From Bdellovibrio sp. (GTDB lineage Bacteria; Bdellovibrionota; Bdellovibrionia; Bdellovibrionales; Bdellovibrionaceae), in NCBI GenBank assembly GCA_036676395.1, contig JAKFCY010000002.1, positions 416,001 to 480,000 on the forward strand: 64,000 nucleotides of DNA. Reading direction: 5' to 3'. The position numbers and the translations under genes were made by a program. Numbering within the stretch: the stretch's first letter is position 1; each line of letters starts with the position of its first letter. Shown piece after piece: positions 47,845-57,325 of this stretch. The notes under the pieces were generated by a model. The model had not been told where the DNA came from, did not search any database, and saw only the letters and a program-made list of their open reading frames with translations.

Positions 47845-50800
47845 GTGCCTCGTTTAGAAAAGTTTAAAAGAGTTTTGATCATCGGTAGCGGTCCAATTAA
47901 AATTGGCCAAGCTTGTGAGTTCGATTATTCAGGAACTCAAGCCTGTAAAGCTTTAATGGCTGAAGGTTTAGAAGTCATTCTGGTAAACTCGAATCCAGCA
48001 ACAATCATGACCGACCCAGATATTGCTACTCGCACTTACGTTGAACCTCTTGAGCCTGAATTCTTAGAAAAAATTCTCGCCATCGAAAAACCAGACGCAG
48101 TTATTCCAACACTAGGTGGCCAAACAGCTCTGAATTTAGCACTGGCTTTAGATAAAATGGGAATTCTAAAGAAGCATAACGTTCAGCTTCTAGGTGCAAC
48201 TCCAGAAGTGATCGAAGCTGCCGAAGATCGCGAAAAATTTCGTGCGATCCTTGATGAAGTGGGCGCAAAATACCCAAAATCTGAAATGGTTAAAAATTTC
48301 GAACAGGGTTTAGCAGCAGCTGATGTTTTAGGTTACCCTTTAATTCTTCGTCCAAATTACACTTTAGGCGGCGGTGGCGGCGGGGTCGCGTATTCGCCAG
48401 AAGAGTACAAACAAATGTTAGTGCAAGCTCTTCATGAAAGTCCAACCTCAGAAGTTTTGGTTGAAGAATCAATCTTAGGCTGGAAAGAATTCGAATTAGA
48501 AGTGATGCGCGATTCAAACGGCACTTTCGTTGTCGTCTGTTCAATTGAAAATATAGACCCTTGCGGAGTCCACACGGGTGATTCAATCACCGTGGCCCCG
48601 CAACAAACTTTATCTGATCGCGAATACCAAGCGATGCGTGACGAAGCCTGCAAGATTATTAACAGAGTTGGTATTCAAACCGGCGGCGCCAATGTTCAGT
48701 TTGCAACACACCCAAAAACTGGTGAGCGCGTAGTTATTGAAATGAATCCACGCGTATCGCGCTCTTCAGCTTTAGCCAGCAAAGCGACAGGCTTTCCGAT
48801 CGCAAAAATTGCAGCCTTGCTTGCAATTGGTTACCAATTACACGAATTAAAAAATGATATCACACAAGTAACACCAACATGTTACGAACCAGCGTTAGAT
48901 TACGTTGTAACTAAAATTCCACGTTTTGCTTTCGAAAAGTTTCAGGGTTCAAAAGATATTCTAACGACACAAATGAAATCTGTCGGCGAAGTGATGGCCA
49001 TCGGCCGCACTTTCCAAGAATCATTTATGAAAGCCTTAGCCGCGTTAGAAAAAAATAACGAAGCCATTCCAGATGTAGCTTTTGATTTAGAAAAAGTTTC
49101 GTACCCGAACTCTCAAAGAATCTGGCATATCTTTCAAGGATTTCGCCATAATTTAGGCTTAAATATGATCTGGGAGCTCACTCAAATTACACCATGGTTT
49201 TTAGAGCAAATTGAAACCATCGTTAAATTTGAAGCTACTTTTAAAAACTCAGAATTATCGACAGAGCTTTTATTAAAAGCCAAACGTTTAGGTTTTACAG
49301 ATGCACGTTTAGCAAAACTAAAAGATTTCTCTACTGCAAACTTAAAAAATATTCGTCATAAATTCGGGATTCGCCCAGCATTTTTCCAGGTCGATACTTG
49401 TGCCGGTGAATTTGCTTCATCAACTCCATATTACTATTCAACCTACTGGAGTAAACCCGAAGGCAGCATCGCTTTACCTAAAACGATAGCTGTGATTGGC
49501 AGCGGTCCAAATCGCATTGGCCAAGGCATCGAATTTGATTATTCATGTGTGCGCGGGGTAAAAGCCTTACAAAAATTAGGCTATAAAGTGGCTATGCTTA
49601 ATTCAAATCCTGAAACCGTATCAACAGATTACGACACTTCAGATTTATTATTTTTTGAACCATTAACTTTAGAACACTTAACCGAAGTGTTTAATGTGAT
49701 TAAGCCTGAAGGCTTCATCGCGCAATTAGGTGGACAAACTCCGATTAACTTAGCGCGCCCTTTAACTGAAGAAGGTTTTAAATTATTAGGCTCTTCGTTA
49801 ACTTCGATTGATTTAGCTGAAGACCGCAAAAAATTCGCTGAAGCCTGCCGTGAATTAAATTTATCAATTCCAAATTCAGCCATGGCTGGAAACATCGGCG
49901 AAGCTTTACAAAAAGAAGCTGAAGTCGGTTACCCAATGATTTGCCGTCCAAGTTACGTCATCGGTGGCCGCCGTATGGAGGTTATCGAAAGCCGTTCTGA
50001 ATTAGAATCTTACTTTGAACGTCATAAAGATTTCATCGGCGGAAAAAATCCATGTTTAATGGATCAATTCTTATCAGGAGCCCTAGAAGTCGACGTTGAT
50101 TTAGTGCGTGGTAAAAACTGGATCTTAAGTGGCGGTATCATCGAACATATCGAACAAGCTGGGGTTCACTCAGGCGACAGTATGGGTGTTGTCCCTCCAC
50201 AACGTTTAAAAGAAGAAACATTAGAAAAAATCGAAAAGTTAAGTTTTCAGTTAGCGCATAAATTAAATGTTGAAGGACACTTAAACTTACAATTAGCGAT
50301 TAAAAACGATGTGATTTATGTTCTGGAAGCTAATCCAAGAAGCTCGCGTTCGGTTCCATTCTTAGCTAAGGCTACAGGTATTCCACTTGTTGATTTAGGT
50401 ATGAAAGGCCAACTTGGCTTAGAATTAACTCCTCAAGAGCAAGCTTACGACTGGAAAAAGATCAAACAGGTCTGCGTAAAGGGCGTTGTGTTTCCGTTTA
50501 AAAAATTCCAAGAATCAGATTCAGTGCTTGGCCCTGAAATGAAATCAACGGGCGAATCAATGGGCAGAGCTGATACTTATCCTGAAGCACTAGTAAAAGC
50601 TTTCGTATCAAGTTCACTGGCATTGCCAAAATCGGGCGAAGTGTTCTTGTCATTACGTGATAAAGACAAAGAGCCAATGCTTCCGCTTTTAAGTAATTTG
50701 CAAAAAATGGGATTTACTTTTTCTGGAACACGCGGAACTTCTGAATTTTTAAAAGAAAACGGCGTTCACTGTTTAAGTTTAAATAAAGTTCACGAGGGTC

Positions 50801-51018
50801 GTCCACACTGTGTCGATCGCATTCGTTCTGGTCAGGTGCACTTTGTTATTAATACAACGGCAGGTCGTCATGCTCTTGAAGCCAGTTTTGCGATTCGCCG
50901 CGCATGTACTGATTACAGTATCCCATGTTTGACGGAAAGCGATGCGGCCGAGGCTTTTGTCCTAGCCCTAGAAAAAGCAAAGACTGGACGATTCGAGGTT
51001 AGTCATTTAAGCTTTTAG
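47845..51018 (+). CDS. carB: Carbamoyl-phosphate synthase large chain
   Basis: [11 protein letters not shown], two ATP-grasp repeats, C-terminal MGS domain; GTG start preceded by AGGAG. Confidence 0.98.
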   Translation: MPRLEKFKRVLIIGSGPIKIGQACEFDYSGTQACKALMAEGLEVILVNSNPATIMTDPDIATRTYVEPLEPEFLEKILAIEKPDAVIPTLGGQTALNLALALDKMGILKKHNVQLLGATPEVIEAAEDREKFRAILDEVGAKYPKSEMVKNFEQGLAAADVLGYPLILRPNYTLGGGGGGVAYSPEEYKQMLVQALHESPTSEVLVEESILGWKEFELEVMRDSNGTFVVVCSIENIDPCGVHTGDSITVAPQQTLSDREYQAMRDEACKIINRVGIQTGGANVQFATHPKTGERVVIEMNPRVSRSSALASKATGFPIAKIAALLAIGYQLHELKNDITQVTPTCYEPALDYVVTKIPRFAFEKFQGSKDILTTQMKSVGEVMAIGRTFQESFMKALAALEKNNEAIPDVAFDLEKVSYPNSQRIWHIFQGFRHNLGLNMIWELTQITPWFLEQIETIVKFEATFKNSELSTELLLKAKRLGFTDARLAKLKDFSTANLKNIRHKFGIRPAFFQVDTCAGEFASSTPYYYSTYWSKPEGSIALPKTIAVIGSGPNRIGQGIEFDYSCVRGVKALQKLGYKVAMLNSNPETVSTDYDTSDLLFFEPLTLEHLTEVFNVIKPEGFIAQLGGQTPINLARPLTEEGFKLLGSSLTSIDLAEDRKKFAEACRELNLSIPNSAMAGNIGEALQKEAEVGYPMICRPSYVIGGRRMEVIESRSELESYFERHKDFIGGKNPCLMDQFLSGALEVDVDLVRGKNWILSGGIIEHIEQAGVHSGDSMGVVPPQRLKEETLEKIEKLSFQLAHKLNVEGHLNLQLAIKNDVIYVLEANPRSSRSVPFLAKATGIPLVDLGMKGQLGLELTPQEQAYDWKKIKQVCVKGVVFPFKKFQESDSVLGPEMKSTGESMGRADTYPEALVKAFVSSSLALPKSGEVFLSLRDKDKEPMLPLLSNLQKMGFTFSGTRGTSEFLKENGVHCLSLNKVHEGRPHCVDRIRSGQVHFVINTTAGRHALEASFAIRRACTDYSIPCLTESDAAEAFVLALEKAKTGRFEVSHLSF

Positions 51019-51023
51019 GCTAG

Positions 51024-51908
51024 ATGACTACATTTAAAAGTTTAGTTTTATTTTCTATATTATTTTGCCAGTTATTTCTCGGTGCTTCGGTTTTTGCCGC
51101 CGAGGCAGCGCCTAAATCTATCACGCTTGGTTTAATTCCAGGCGGGCATCCCGAAGCAATTAAAACCGAATCTAAAATCATTGCCGAACAGCTGCAAAAA
51201 AAGTTTAATGTTCCAGTTAATATCTATATCTCTAAAAATTACGCAGGCCTTGCGACCGCTTTAAAAAATAAAAAAGTCGATTACGCTTTTTTATCGGCAT
51301 TAAGCTTAGTTGAAGCTGAAAAACAAGTGCCCGTAAAAGTACTACTTAAAAAAACCTACAATGGACCATATTATTTTTCGGGTTTAGTCGTGCGTGCCGA
51401 TAGTAAAATCAAATCAATCAAAGACTTAAAAGATAAATCGATTATCTACGTTGATCCGCAATCTACTTCTGGCTATTTATACCCACAGGTTTATTTACGT
51501 AAGAACAATATCACCGATGCAAATTTTAAATCCGTTAGTTTTTCTGGAAGCCATAAGGCTTCTGTCGAAAAACTAGAAAACAAAGAAGCTGATATTGCGG
51601 CCGTATTTGTGGATGACGAAAAAACGAACGACGGAGCTTGGGAAAGATTCAAAAAAAATCCAAAAACTAAATTTCGTCTGCTATGGGTGAGTGATCCGAT
51701 TCCGAATGATCCGATCGTCGTCCGTCAGGATTTTTATGATCAATACCCGAAATTAACCCATGAATTAATGTATGAATTAATTGAAATGCAAAGCGATGCA
51801 GGCACAAAAAAGCTGATCTCTGAAGTGATGGGTAAGGGTGAGCTCATGCCAGCTACTTCAAAACAGTACGACCCCGTTCGCGAAGTTAATAAGGTGTTTA
51901 ATAAATAA
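51024..51908 (+). CDS. PhnD-family (phosphate/phosphonate-like) substrate-binding protein
   Basis: Signal peptide, STSGYLYP, GSH, IPNDP motifs. Confidence 0.85.
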   Translation: MTTFKSLVLFSILFCQLFLGASVFAAEAAPKSITLGLIPGGHPEAIKTESKIIAEQLQKKFNVPVNIYISKNYAGLATALKNKKVDYAFLSALSLVEAEKQVPVKVLLKKTYNGPYYFSGLVVRADSKIKSIKDLKDKSIIYVDPQSTSGYLYPQVYLRKNNITDANFKSVSFSGSHKASVEKLENKEADIAAVFVDDEKTNDGAWERFKKNPKTKFRLLWVSDPIPNDPIVVRQDFYDQYPKLTHELMYELIEMQSDAGTKKLISEVMGKGELMPATSKQYDPVREVNKVFNK

Positions 51909-51909
51909 T

Positions 51910-52656
51910 ATGAATATTATTAAAGTCAGTGGCATTCAGAAATCATTTCAGCCAGATTTCTACAAAAAACCAACCCAGGTTTTAAAGAATGTGTCGTTTA
52001 CCATTCCTAAAGGTAAATTTGTGGGCCTGATCGGTCCTAATGGCGCCGGTAAAACCACATCGATTAAGTGTTTATTGCAGTTTATTTTTCCCGATAGCGG
52101 AACGATTGAATTCGGCGAAAATCAAAGCTTTTTAGAATTTAAAAAGCTAATTGGTTATTTGCCTGAGCGCCCATTTTTTCAAGAATTTTTATCAGGCGAA
52201 GAATTTTTAAGACTTCACTGGGATTTATCCGGCACTAAAAAAGATAATTTCAAGCATCGCGCCGCCGAAGTTCTAGAATTAGTAAAACTTACGCATGCTA
52301 AAGATAAAAAATTAAAAGATTATTCAAAAGGAATGTTACAACGGATCGGGATTGCGCAAGCTCTGATCGCGTTTCCTGAATTTTTAATTTTGGATGAGCC
52401 CATGTCAGGTTTAGACCCTGATGGCCGTATTTTAATTAAAGATATTCTTAAAGATTTAAAAAAAACCAACATCACTGTATTAATGAGTAGCCATTTATTG
52501 GAAGATATCGATGAACTGTGCGAAGAGCTTATTGTTATTCATGAAGGTGAATGTTTTTACAATGCATCGACAGCAGAATTTAAAAAGAACTACAGTACCT
52601 TACAAGAGGCCTACAAGGCTTTTAAAGGTCAATTTCAGGCGAATTACAACGTATGA
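51910..52656 (+). CDS. ABC ATP-binding protein (PilH-like)
   Basis: GPNGAGKT, YSKGMLQR, LDEPMSGLDP; upstream of pilD as in deltaproteobacterial pil loci. Confidence 0.85.
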   Translation: MNIIKVSGIQKSFQPDFYKKPTQVLKNVSFTIPKGKFVGLIGPNGAGKTTSIKCLLQFIFPDSGTIEFGENQSFLEFKKLIGYLPERPFFQEFLSGEEFLRLHWDLSGTKKDNFKHRAAEVLELVKLTHAKDKKLKDYSKGMLQRIGIAQALIAFPEFLILDEPMSGLDPDGRILIKDILKDLKKTNITVLMSSHLLEDIDELCEELIVIHEGECFYNASTAEFKKNYSTLQEAYKAFKGQFQANYNV

Positions 52657-53411
52657 TCAGATTAATATGGGTCAACACGCAAGAGTGGTTTCGTCTTAAG
52701 TTTTTCCAGATTGTGTTATTTTTATCATTTTTATTTGTTTGTTTTAGTCAGCTTCTGGGGTCACTTAGTTTTACCGAACAACAGCGTTTAGTCGTCGATT
52801 TTGGTTTAGCCGGAATCGAAATCGCACTTATTTTCATTGCCTGTTTTTTCTCAACTCATTCCTTGGCCAAAGAAATTGAGCGTAAAACTATTCTCGTGGT
52901 GTTGGCGCGTCCTATTCAGCGTTGGAAAATTATCATCGGATTTTTTGGTAGCTTAGCTATTTTAAATTTAATCGCGGCGATTGTTTTAAGTGCGACGTTA
53001 TATATGTTTATTAAAAGCACCGGCCCTATGTTTATGATTAATTACATTTTAGCTATTGGCTTTATTTATTTAAAGTCATTAGTGATTGGCTCTATTGGTC
53101 TTTGTATCAGCGTGATCGCACGTCCAATGTTTGCTTTCGTATTAACATTCACAATGTGGCTAATGAGTTATTCAATCATCGAAGTGCAATTTTTTATGGA
53201 AAAAGCCCAGATTGAAAACAGCAAACAAATTTTCACTGTTCTAAGCACTATATTTCCACAATTTTATAAATTTAACTGGAAAAGTTATGGTTTTTTAAGA
53301 GCTATTGTTAATCCATATGATGTGAGCTGGGCATTACTACATAGTGCCGGTTGGATTTTGCTCTGTCTGTATATAGCGGCGATGCTATTTAGAAAGAAAG
53401 AAATTGTCTGA
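52653..53411 (+). CDS. ABC permease (PilI-like)
   Basis: Multi-TM, DFGL and EIERKTI..LARPI motifs. Confidence 0.8.
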   Translation: MIRLIWVNTQEWFRLKFFQIVLFLSFLFVCFSQLLGSLSFTEQQRLVVDFGLAGIEIALIFIACFFSTHSLAKEIERKTILVVLARPIQRWKIIIGFFGSLAILNLIAAIVLSATLYMFIKSTGPMFMINYILAIGFIYLKSLVIGSIGLCISVIARPMFAFVLTFTMWLMSYSIIEVQFFMEKAQIENSKQIFTVLSTIFPQFYKFNWKSYGFLRAIVNPYDVSWALLHSAGWILLCLYIAAMLFRKKEIV

Positions 53412-54189
53412 TTTAATGCCTTTTTTCTATTTCGTAGTGTTTTTGTTCGGAGCTTGTTTTGGCAGCTTCGGTAACGTTCTGATTTATCGCATGCCTACAG
53501 GTGAAAAAATCACCGGACGCAGCCACTGCAAAGAGTGTGGTAAAACAGTTGCCTGGTATCACAACATTCCAATGCTTTCTTATTTTTTATTAAAAGGCCA
53601 ATGTGCCAATTGCAAAGCTAAATTCTCAATTCGTTATCCGTTCGTAGAATTTTTGATGGCCACGTTATGGTTAGTTGTTTTTCATCTTTATGGTGTTAGC
53701 TGGTTAACGTTAGAATACTTTATTTTAGTTTTCGGCTTAGTTGTTGGCAGTTTTATTGATTTAGATCATATGATTTTACCTGATGAAATCACTTTGGGCG
53801 GCTGTGCTTTGGCACTTATCGGGGCAGCTATTAATCCCGAGAGAGACTTTTTGGAATCTTTTTTAGGATTTTTATTCGGCGGCGGCGTTTTATGGTTAGT
53901 CGCTTATGTTTATTTTGTTTTCACCGGGCGCGAAGGCTTAGGCGGCGGCGACATAAAACTTTTAGCCTGGATTGGCGCTCTATTGGGATGGCGTGCGATT
54001 CCATTTGTGATTTTGTCTTCATCAATTACCGGCAGTATTATTGGTCTTTATGTTTCACGCCACAGTGAAGATAAATTAAAAGCTGTTATCCCATTCGGCC
54101 CATTCATCGCCTTAGGGGCAATATTATATATTTTAGGACTTAAGTCGGTGGGTAATTGGTATATAGATTTGTTTTTCCCACAGTTTTAA
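53404..54189 (+). CDS. pilD: Prepilin peptidase / N-methyltransferase
   Basis: GSFGNVLIYR, two CxxC, IDLDH, GGGDIKL, PFGPF. Confidence 0.95.
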   Translation: MSDLMPFFYFVVFLFGACFGSFGNVLIYRMPTGEKITGRSHCKECGKTVAWYHNIPMLSYFLLKGQCANCKAKFSIRYPFVEFLMATLWLVVFHLYGVSWLTLEYFILVFGLVVGSFIDLDHMILPDEITLGGCALALIGAAINPERDFLESFLGFLFGGGVLWLVAYVYFVFTGREGLGGGDIKLLAWIGALLGWRAIPFVILSSSITGSIIGLYVSRHSEDKLKAVIPFGPFIALGAILYILGLKSVGNWYIDLFFPQF

Positions 54190-54296
54190 TAATAACTAAC
54201 ACTGCAGAAAACACCTAGACCCGACCTCTAGAACGTGTTCAAACTTTGACAAGACTCAACCATAGAACTGATAATTTAGGTTGGGAGTCTGGCAGC

Positions 54297-55346
54297 ATGT
54301 TATTTTCATCAAAAAAAGTGATTGGATTAGATCTAGGATCAAGTTCAATCAAAATGGCCGAATTAAAACTCAACGGTAACTCCGCTGAGCTTGAAAACTT
54401 TGCATCGGTGCAAACACCGCCGCAAGCCATGACCAATGGTGAAATCACAGATTCTTTCTTACTTGGCGAAGCCATTAAATCCTTACATAAAGAACAACGT
54501 TTTACCCGTAATGTAGTCAACGTTGGTATGTGGGGAAACTCAGCGATCGTTAAAAAAATCTCACTTCCAAAGCGCGATCCAAAAGAATTGCGTGAACAGA
54601 TTAAATTCGAAGCGCAGCAGTACCTCCCATTTGATATTTCACAAGTGACGTTAGAGCATCACATTCTGCCATTTTCCACGACTCCGGATATGATGGATGT
54701 ATTAATCATCGCAGCTCAAAATGACTTCATCGGCAAGTACGTTGAGGTAACAACTTTTTCTGGCTTAAAATGTAAAATCATCGATGTCGCAAGTTTAGCG
54801 TTAGCCAATATTTTTGAATTCAACTACGGCAGATTCAATGAGCCTGTGGCGTTATTTAACTTCGGTGCGAACTCGACACAATTTCTGGTGATTCTTCAGG
54901 GCGAAGTTTTGTTCGTGCGTGATATTCCCGTTGGCGGATTTCACTTTACCAATGAGATCAGTAAAAACATGGGTATCACCCTTGAAGAGGCCGAAGTTTT
55001 AAAGCTGACTCAGCAAGATCAAACCGAGCAACCCGAGAACACTAAAACATTCATGAATATCGCGCTTGATTACGTGACTGAAGAAATCCGTAACAGTATT
55101 GATTTCTATTCGGCATCGGGCGGCGATTTGCAAATTACTAAAGCTTACTTTACCGGCGGAGCAAGTTTAACTGAAGGTATGATAGATCATTTGCAAGATG
55201 TTCTAAAAATCCCGTTTGAACAGTTAAACCCACTACTTCGTATTAAGCCCGCGAATAAAAAATTAACTCCAGCTTATCTGAATCAAATCACGCCATTTTT
55301 ATCGACGACGTTAGGTTTAGCGTTACGCCAAGTGGGTGACTCGTGA
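54297..55346 (+). CDS. pilM: Type IV pilus assembly protein PilM
   Basis: GLDLGSSSIK actin-like motif, QYLPF, TGGAS, LGLALR; ATG 54297 preceded by GGGAG. Confidence 0.93.
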   Translation: MLFSSKKVIGLDLGSSSIKMAELKLNGNSAELENFASVQTPPQAMTNGEITDSFLLGEAIKSLHKEQRFTRNVVNVGMWGNSAIVKKISLPKRDPKELREQIKFEAQQYLPFDISQVTLEHHILPFSTTPDMMDVLIIAAQNDFIGKYVEVTTFSGLKCKIIDVASLALANIFEFNYGRFNEPVALFNFGANSTQFLVILQGEVLFVRDIPVGGFHFTNEISKNMGITLEEAEVLKLTQQDQTEQPENTKTFMNIALDYVTEEIRNSIDFYSASGGDLQITKAYFTGGASLTEGMIDHLQDVLKIPFEQLNPLLRIKPANKKLTPAYLNQITPFLSTTLGLALRQVGDS

Positions 55347-55957
55347 TTAAGGTAAATCTCCTTAAGTCATATTCACAGGTAGAGGCTGATTTTTCTACAG
55401 AGTTTGATGACTTTAAACAGGTCAGAATAGACTTTGCAAAAAGAGTTATGATGTTTTTAATCGGGCCTTTAGGTCTTATTGGTTATGAGATGTATAATAT
55501 TCCTGAGCTGGACGGGCAAAAGATGGCCTTAGCTTCGGATCTGGCAACGTTAACTGAGTTTAACCAACGTAAAGAAGCCATTGCTGCCGAGATCTCTAAA
55601 TATGAAGAAGATAAAAAACGTTTAAATCGTCAAACGCAATTCTTAGAACGTATATCACGAGAACGCTTATTCCCTTTAGAATTAGTGAATCGTCTTAAAG
55701 ACGCCATTCCGGCAGGCGTTTGGCTAACGAGTTTAAACACAGTAGGTAATCGTTTAGAGTTTGCGGGCGGCGGAGACACTGAAAAAGCAATTTCTGACTT
55801 TGAAGGCCGGCTAACAAGCACGCAGATTTTAAAAAATGTTAAATTACAAAGTATTGATGTAATGCCAACACCAGAACTTAAATCCAGTGATTTAAGAATT
55901 CGTTCATTCATGATCTCGGCTGAATACGCAACTAACGAAGGAGCCAAAAGTGAATGA
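55343..55957 (+). CDS. pilN: Type IV pilus assembly protein PilN
   Basis: IKVNLL motif, TM, coiled coil, PAGVWLTSL. Confidence 0.9.
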   Translation: MIKVNLLKSYSQVEADFSTEFDDFKQVRIDFAKRVMMFLIGPLGLIGYEMYNIPELDGQKMALASDLATLTEFNQRKEAIAAEISKYEEDKKRLNRQTQFLERISRERLFPLELVNRLKDAIPAGVWLTSLNTVGNRLEFAGGGDTEKAISDFEGRLTSTQILKNVKLQSIDVMPTPELKSSDLRIRSFMISAEYATNEGAKSE

Positions 55958-56609
55958 CTTAGTGGCTAAGGTATCAACCCTATCGGTGAATCGTATTGCG
56001 TTTTTTGGATTGTTGTTGACGATGTTTTATTACTTTATGGGTTACAACAATGGTGACGCCATCGTTGCAGAAATTACCAGCTTAAATGCTCAAATTGCAG
56101 AAGAGACGACTAAAAAAGTCGAAACTGAACGTGTTCTTAAAAAAGAAGAAGAAATGCGTGCTGACGTAGCTTCGCTGGCTAAAACTTATGAAGCCGTAAA
56201 ATCAAAAATCCCGATTGATTTTGAAACTTCAGAATTGCGCATTATTGTAGAACAAATTAGTGCGGCTACAGATTTAAAAATCGCTAAACTAAGTAACTCC
56301 GACATGCAGCAAGTGAATAGCCCAGAGGCTACTGAAAATGCTGAAGAAGCCAATCTTGTGCAAAAGGTCGCGATTAACTATGTTTTTCAGGGCAATTTTG
56401 CGCAGATTCAAACTTTTATGACTCAGATCGCAGCCGTTGAAAAAGTTATTAAAGTCTCTGAGTTAAAAATCAAAACAGAAGATTCACAAAATCCTGGGCC
56501 AAGTAAATATTTAACAGTCGAAGCCGTGTTAGTTGGGTATCGTCAGGCGGCAGTTGCCGCAGCGAAAACTCCAGCTATTCCGATAGCCCCAAAAGAGGAA
56601 GTGCAATAA
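55950..56609 (+). CDS. pilO: Type IV pilus assembly protein PilO
   Basis: TM, coiled coil, ferredoxin-like GNFAQIQTF; position in the cluster. Confidence 0.88.
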   Translation: MNDLVAKVSTLSVNRIAFFGLLLTMFYYFMGYNNGDAIVAEITSLNAQIAEETTKKVETERVLKKEEEMRADVASLAKTYEAVKSKIPIDFETSELRIIVEQISAATDLKIAKLSNSDMQQVNSPEATENAEEANLVQKVAINYVFQGNFAQIQTFMTQIAAVEKVIKVSELKIKTEDSQNPGPSKYLTVEAVLVGYRQAAVAAAKTPAIPIAPKEEVQ

Positions 56610-57307
56610 TGAAAAACATTATCTCACTTATCAAAAACTCTTCATTATACTTGGTGGCGATGGTGACGGCATTGGCTGCAACTTATTATTTAGGTTTAGC
56701 TCCACTATTGCATGCTCAAGCTGATTTTCCTGATATGCCCGCATTTCCTGAAGTGAAACCAACTGCACCACCAGCCAACGTAAACACGCCTCCGCCTGCA
56801 GAAAAACCTGCAGATGTTCCTGAGTTACCGGCGCAGAGTGATATGCCGCCGACACCTCCACCAGCAAAAGCGCCGGCACCACCAGTCAGTCGTCCAAGTA
56901 TTTCTCCGGCATCTGGAATTTTATTTAAACACACTAAATCTTATGTCGGCGAATTAAGTAACCCGGATCGCGATCCATTTCGTAAGCCTTTGTATATTTT
57001 AGAATTAGAAGAAAAAAGTTTAAAACCACAAAAAACTGAAGAAATTCGTATTGATGATAAAATCGAAGCGATCCGCCGCTGGCCACTGCGTGATTACCGC
57101 CTAGTAGGTGTTATTTGGGATGTTCGTAATCCTAAGGCGATGATCGTAGACCCTTCAAACACAATGCATTTATTAAAAAGAAATTATCGAATCGGTGATA
57201 AAGATGGAATTATATCAGCGATTTCAGAGGGAACAATCACTGTCATCCAAGACAACATTCCGGTGGTGATTGATATCTCAGGTAGTAGTAGCAATAGTAA
57301 TAATTAG
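56609..57307 (+). CDS. pilP: Type IV pilus assembly protein PilP
   Basis: RDPF motif, LVGVIW..KAMI; Pro-rich linker. Confidence 0.88.
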   Translation: MKNIISLIKNSSLYLVAMVTALAATYYLGLAPLLHAQADFPDMPAFPEVKPTAPPANVNTPPPAEKPADVPELPAQSDMPPTPPPAKAPAPPVSRPSISPASGILFKHTKSYVGELSNPDRDPFRKPLYILELEEKSLKPQKTEEIRIDDKIEAIRRWPLRDYRLVGVIWDVRNPKAMIVDPSNTMHLLKRNYRIGDKDGIISAISEGTITVIQDNIPVVIDISGSSSNSNN

Positions 57308-57325
57308 TTCGATTAGGAGGATTGA

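Noticed and set aside
56730..56900. Tandem DNA repeat or CRISPR-like array in pilP (and the similar stretch in pilQ)
   Set aside because: Only Pro/Ala-rich coding low complexity, with no regular repeat-spacer structure and no cas genes in the window.
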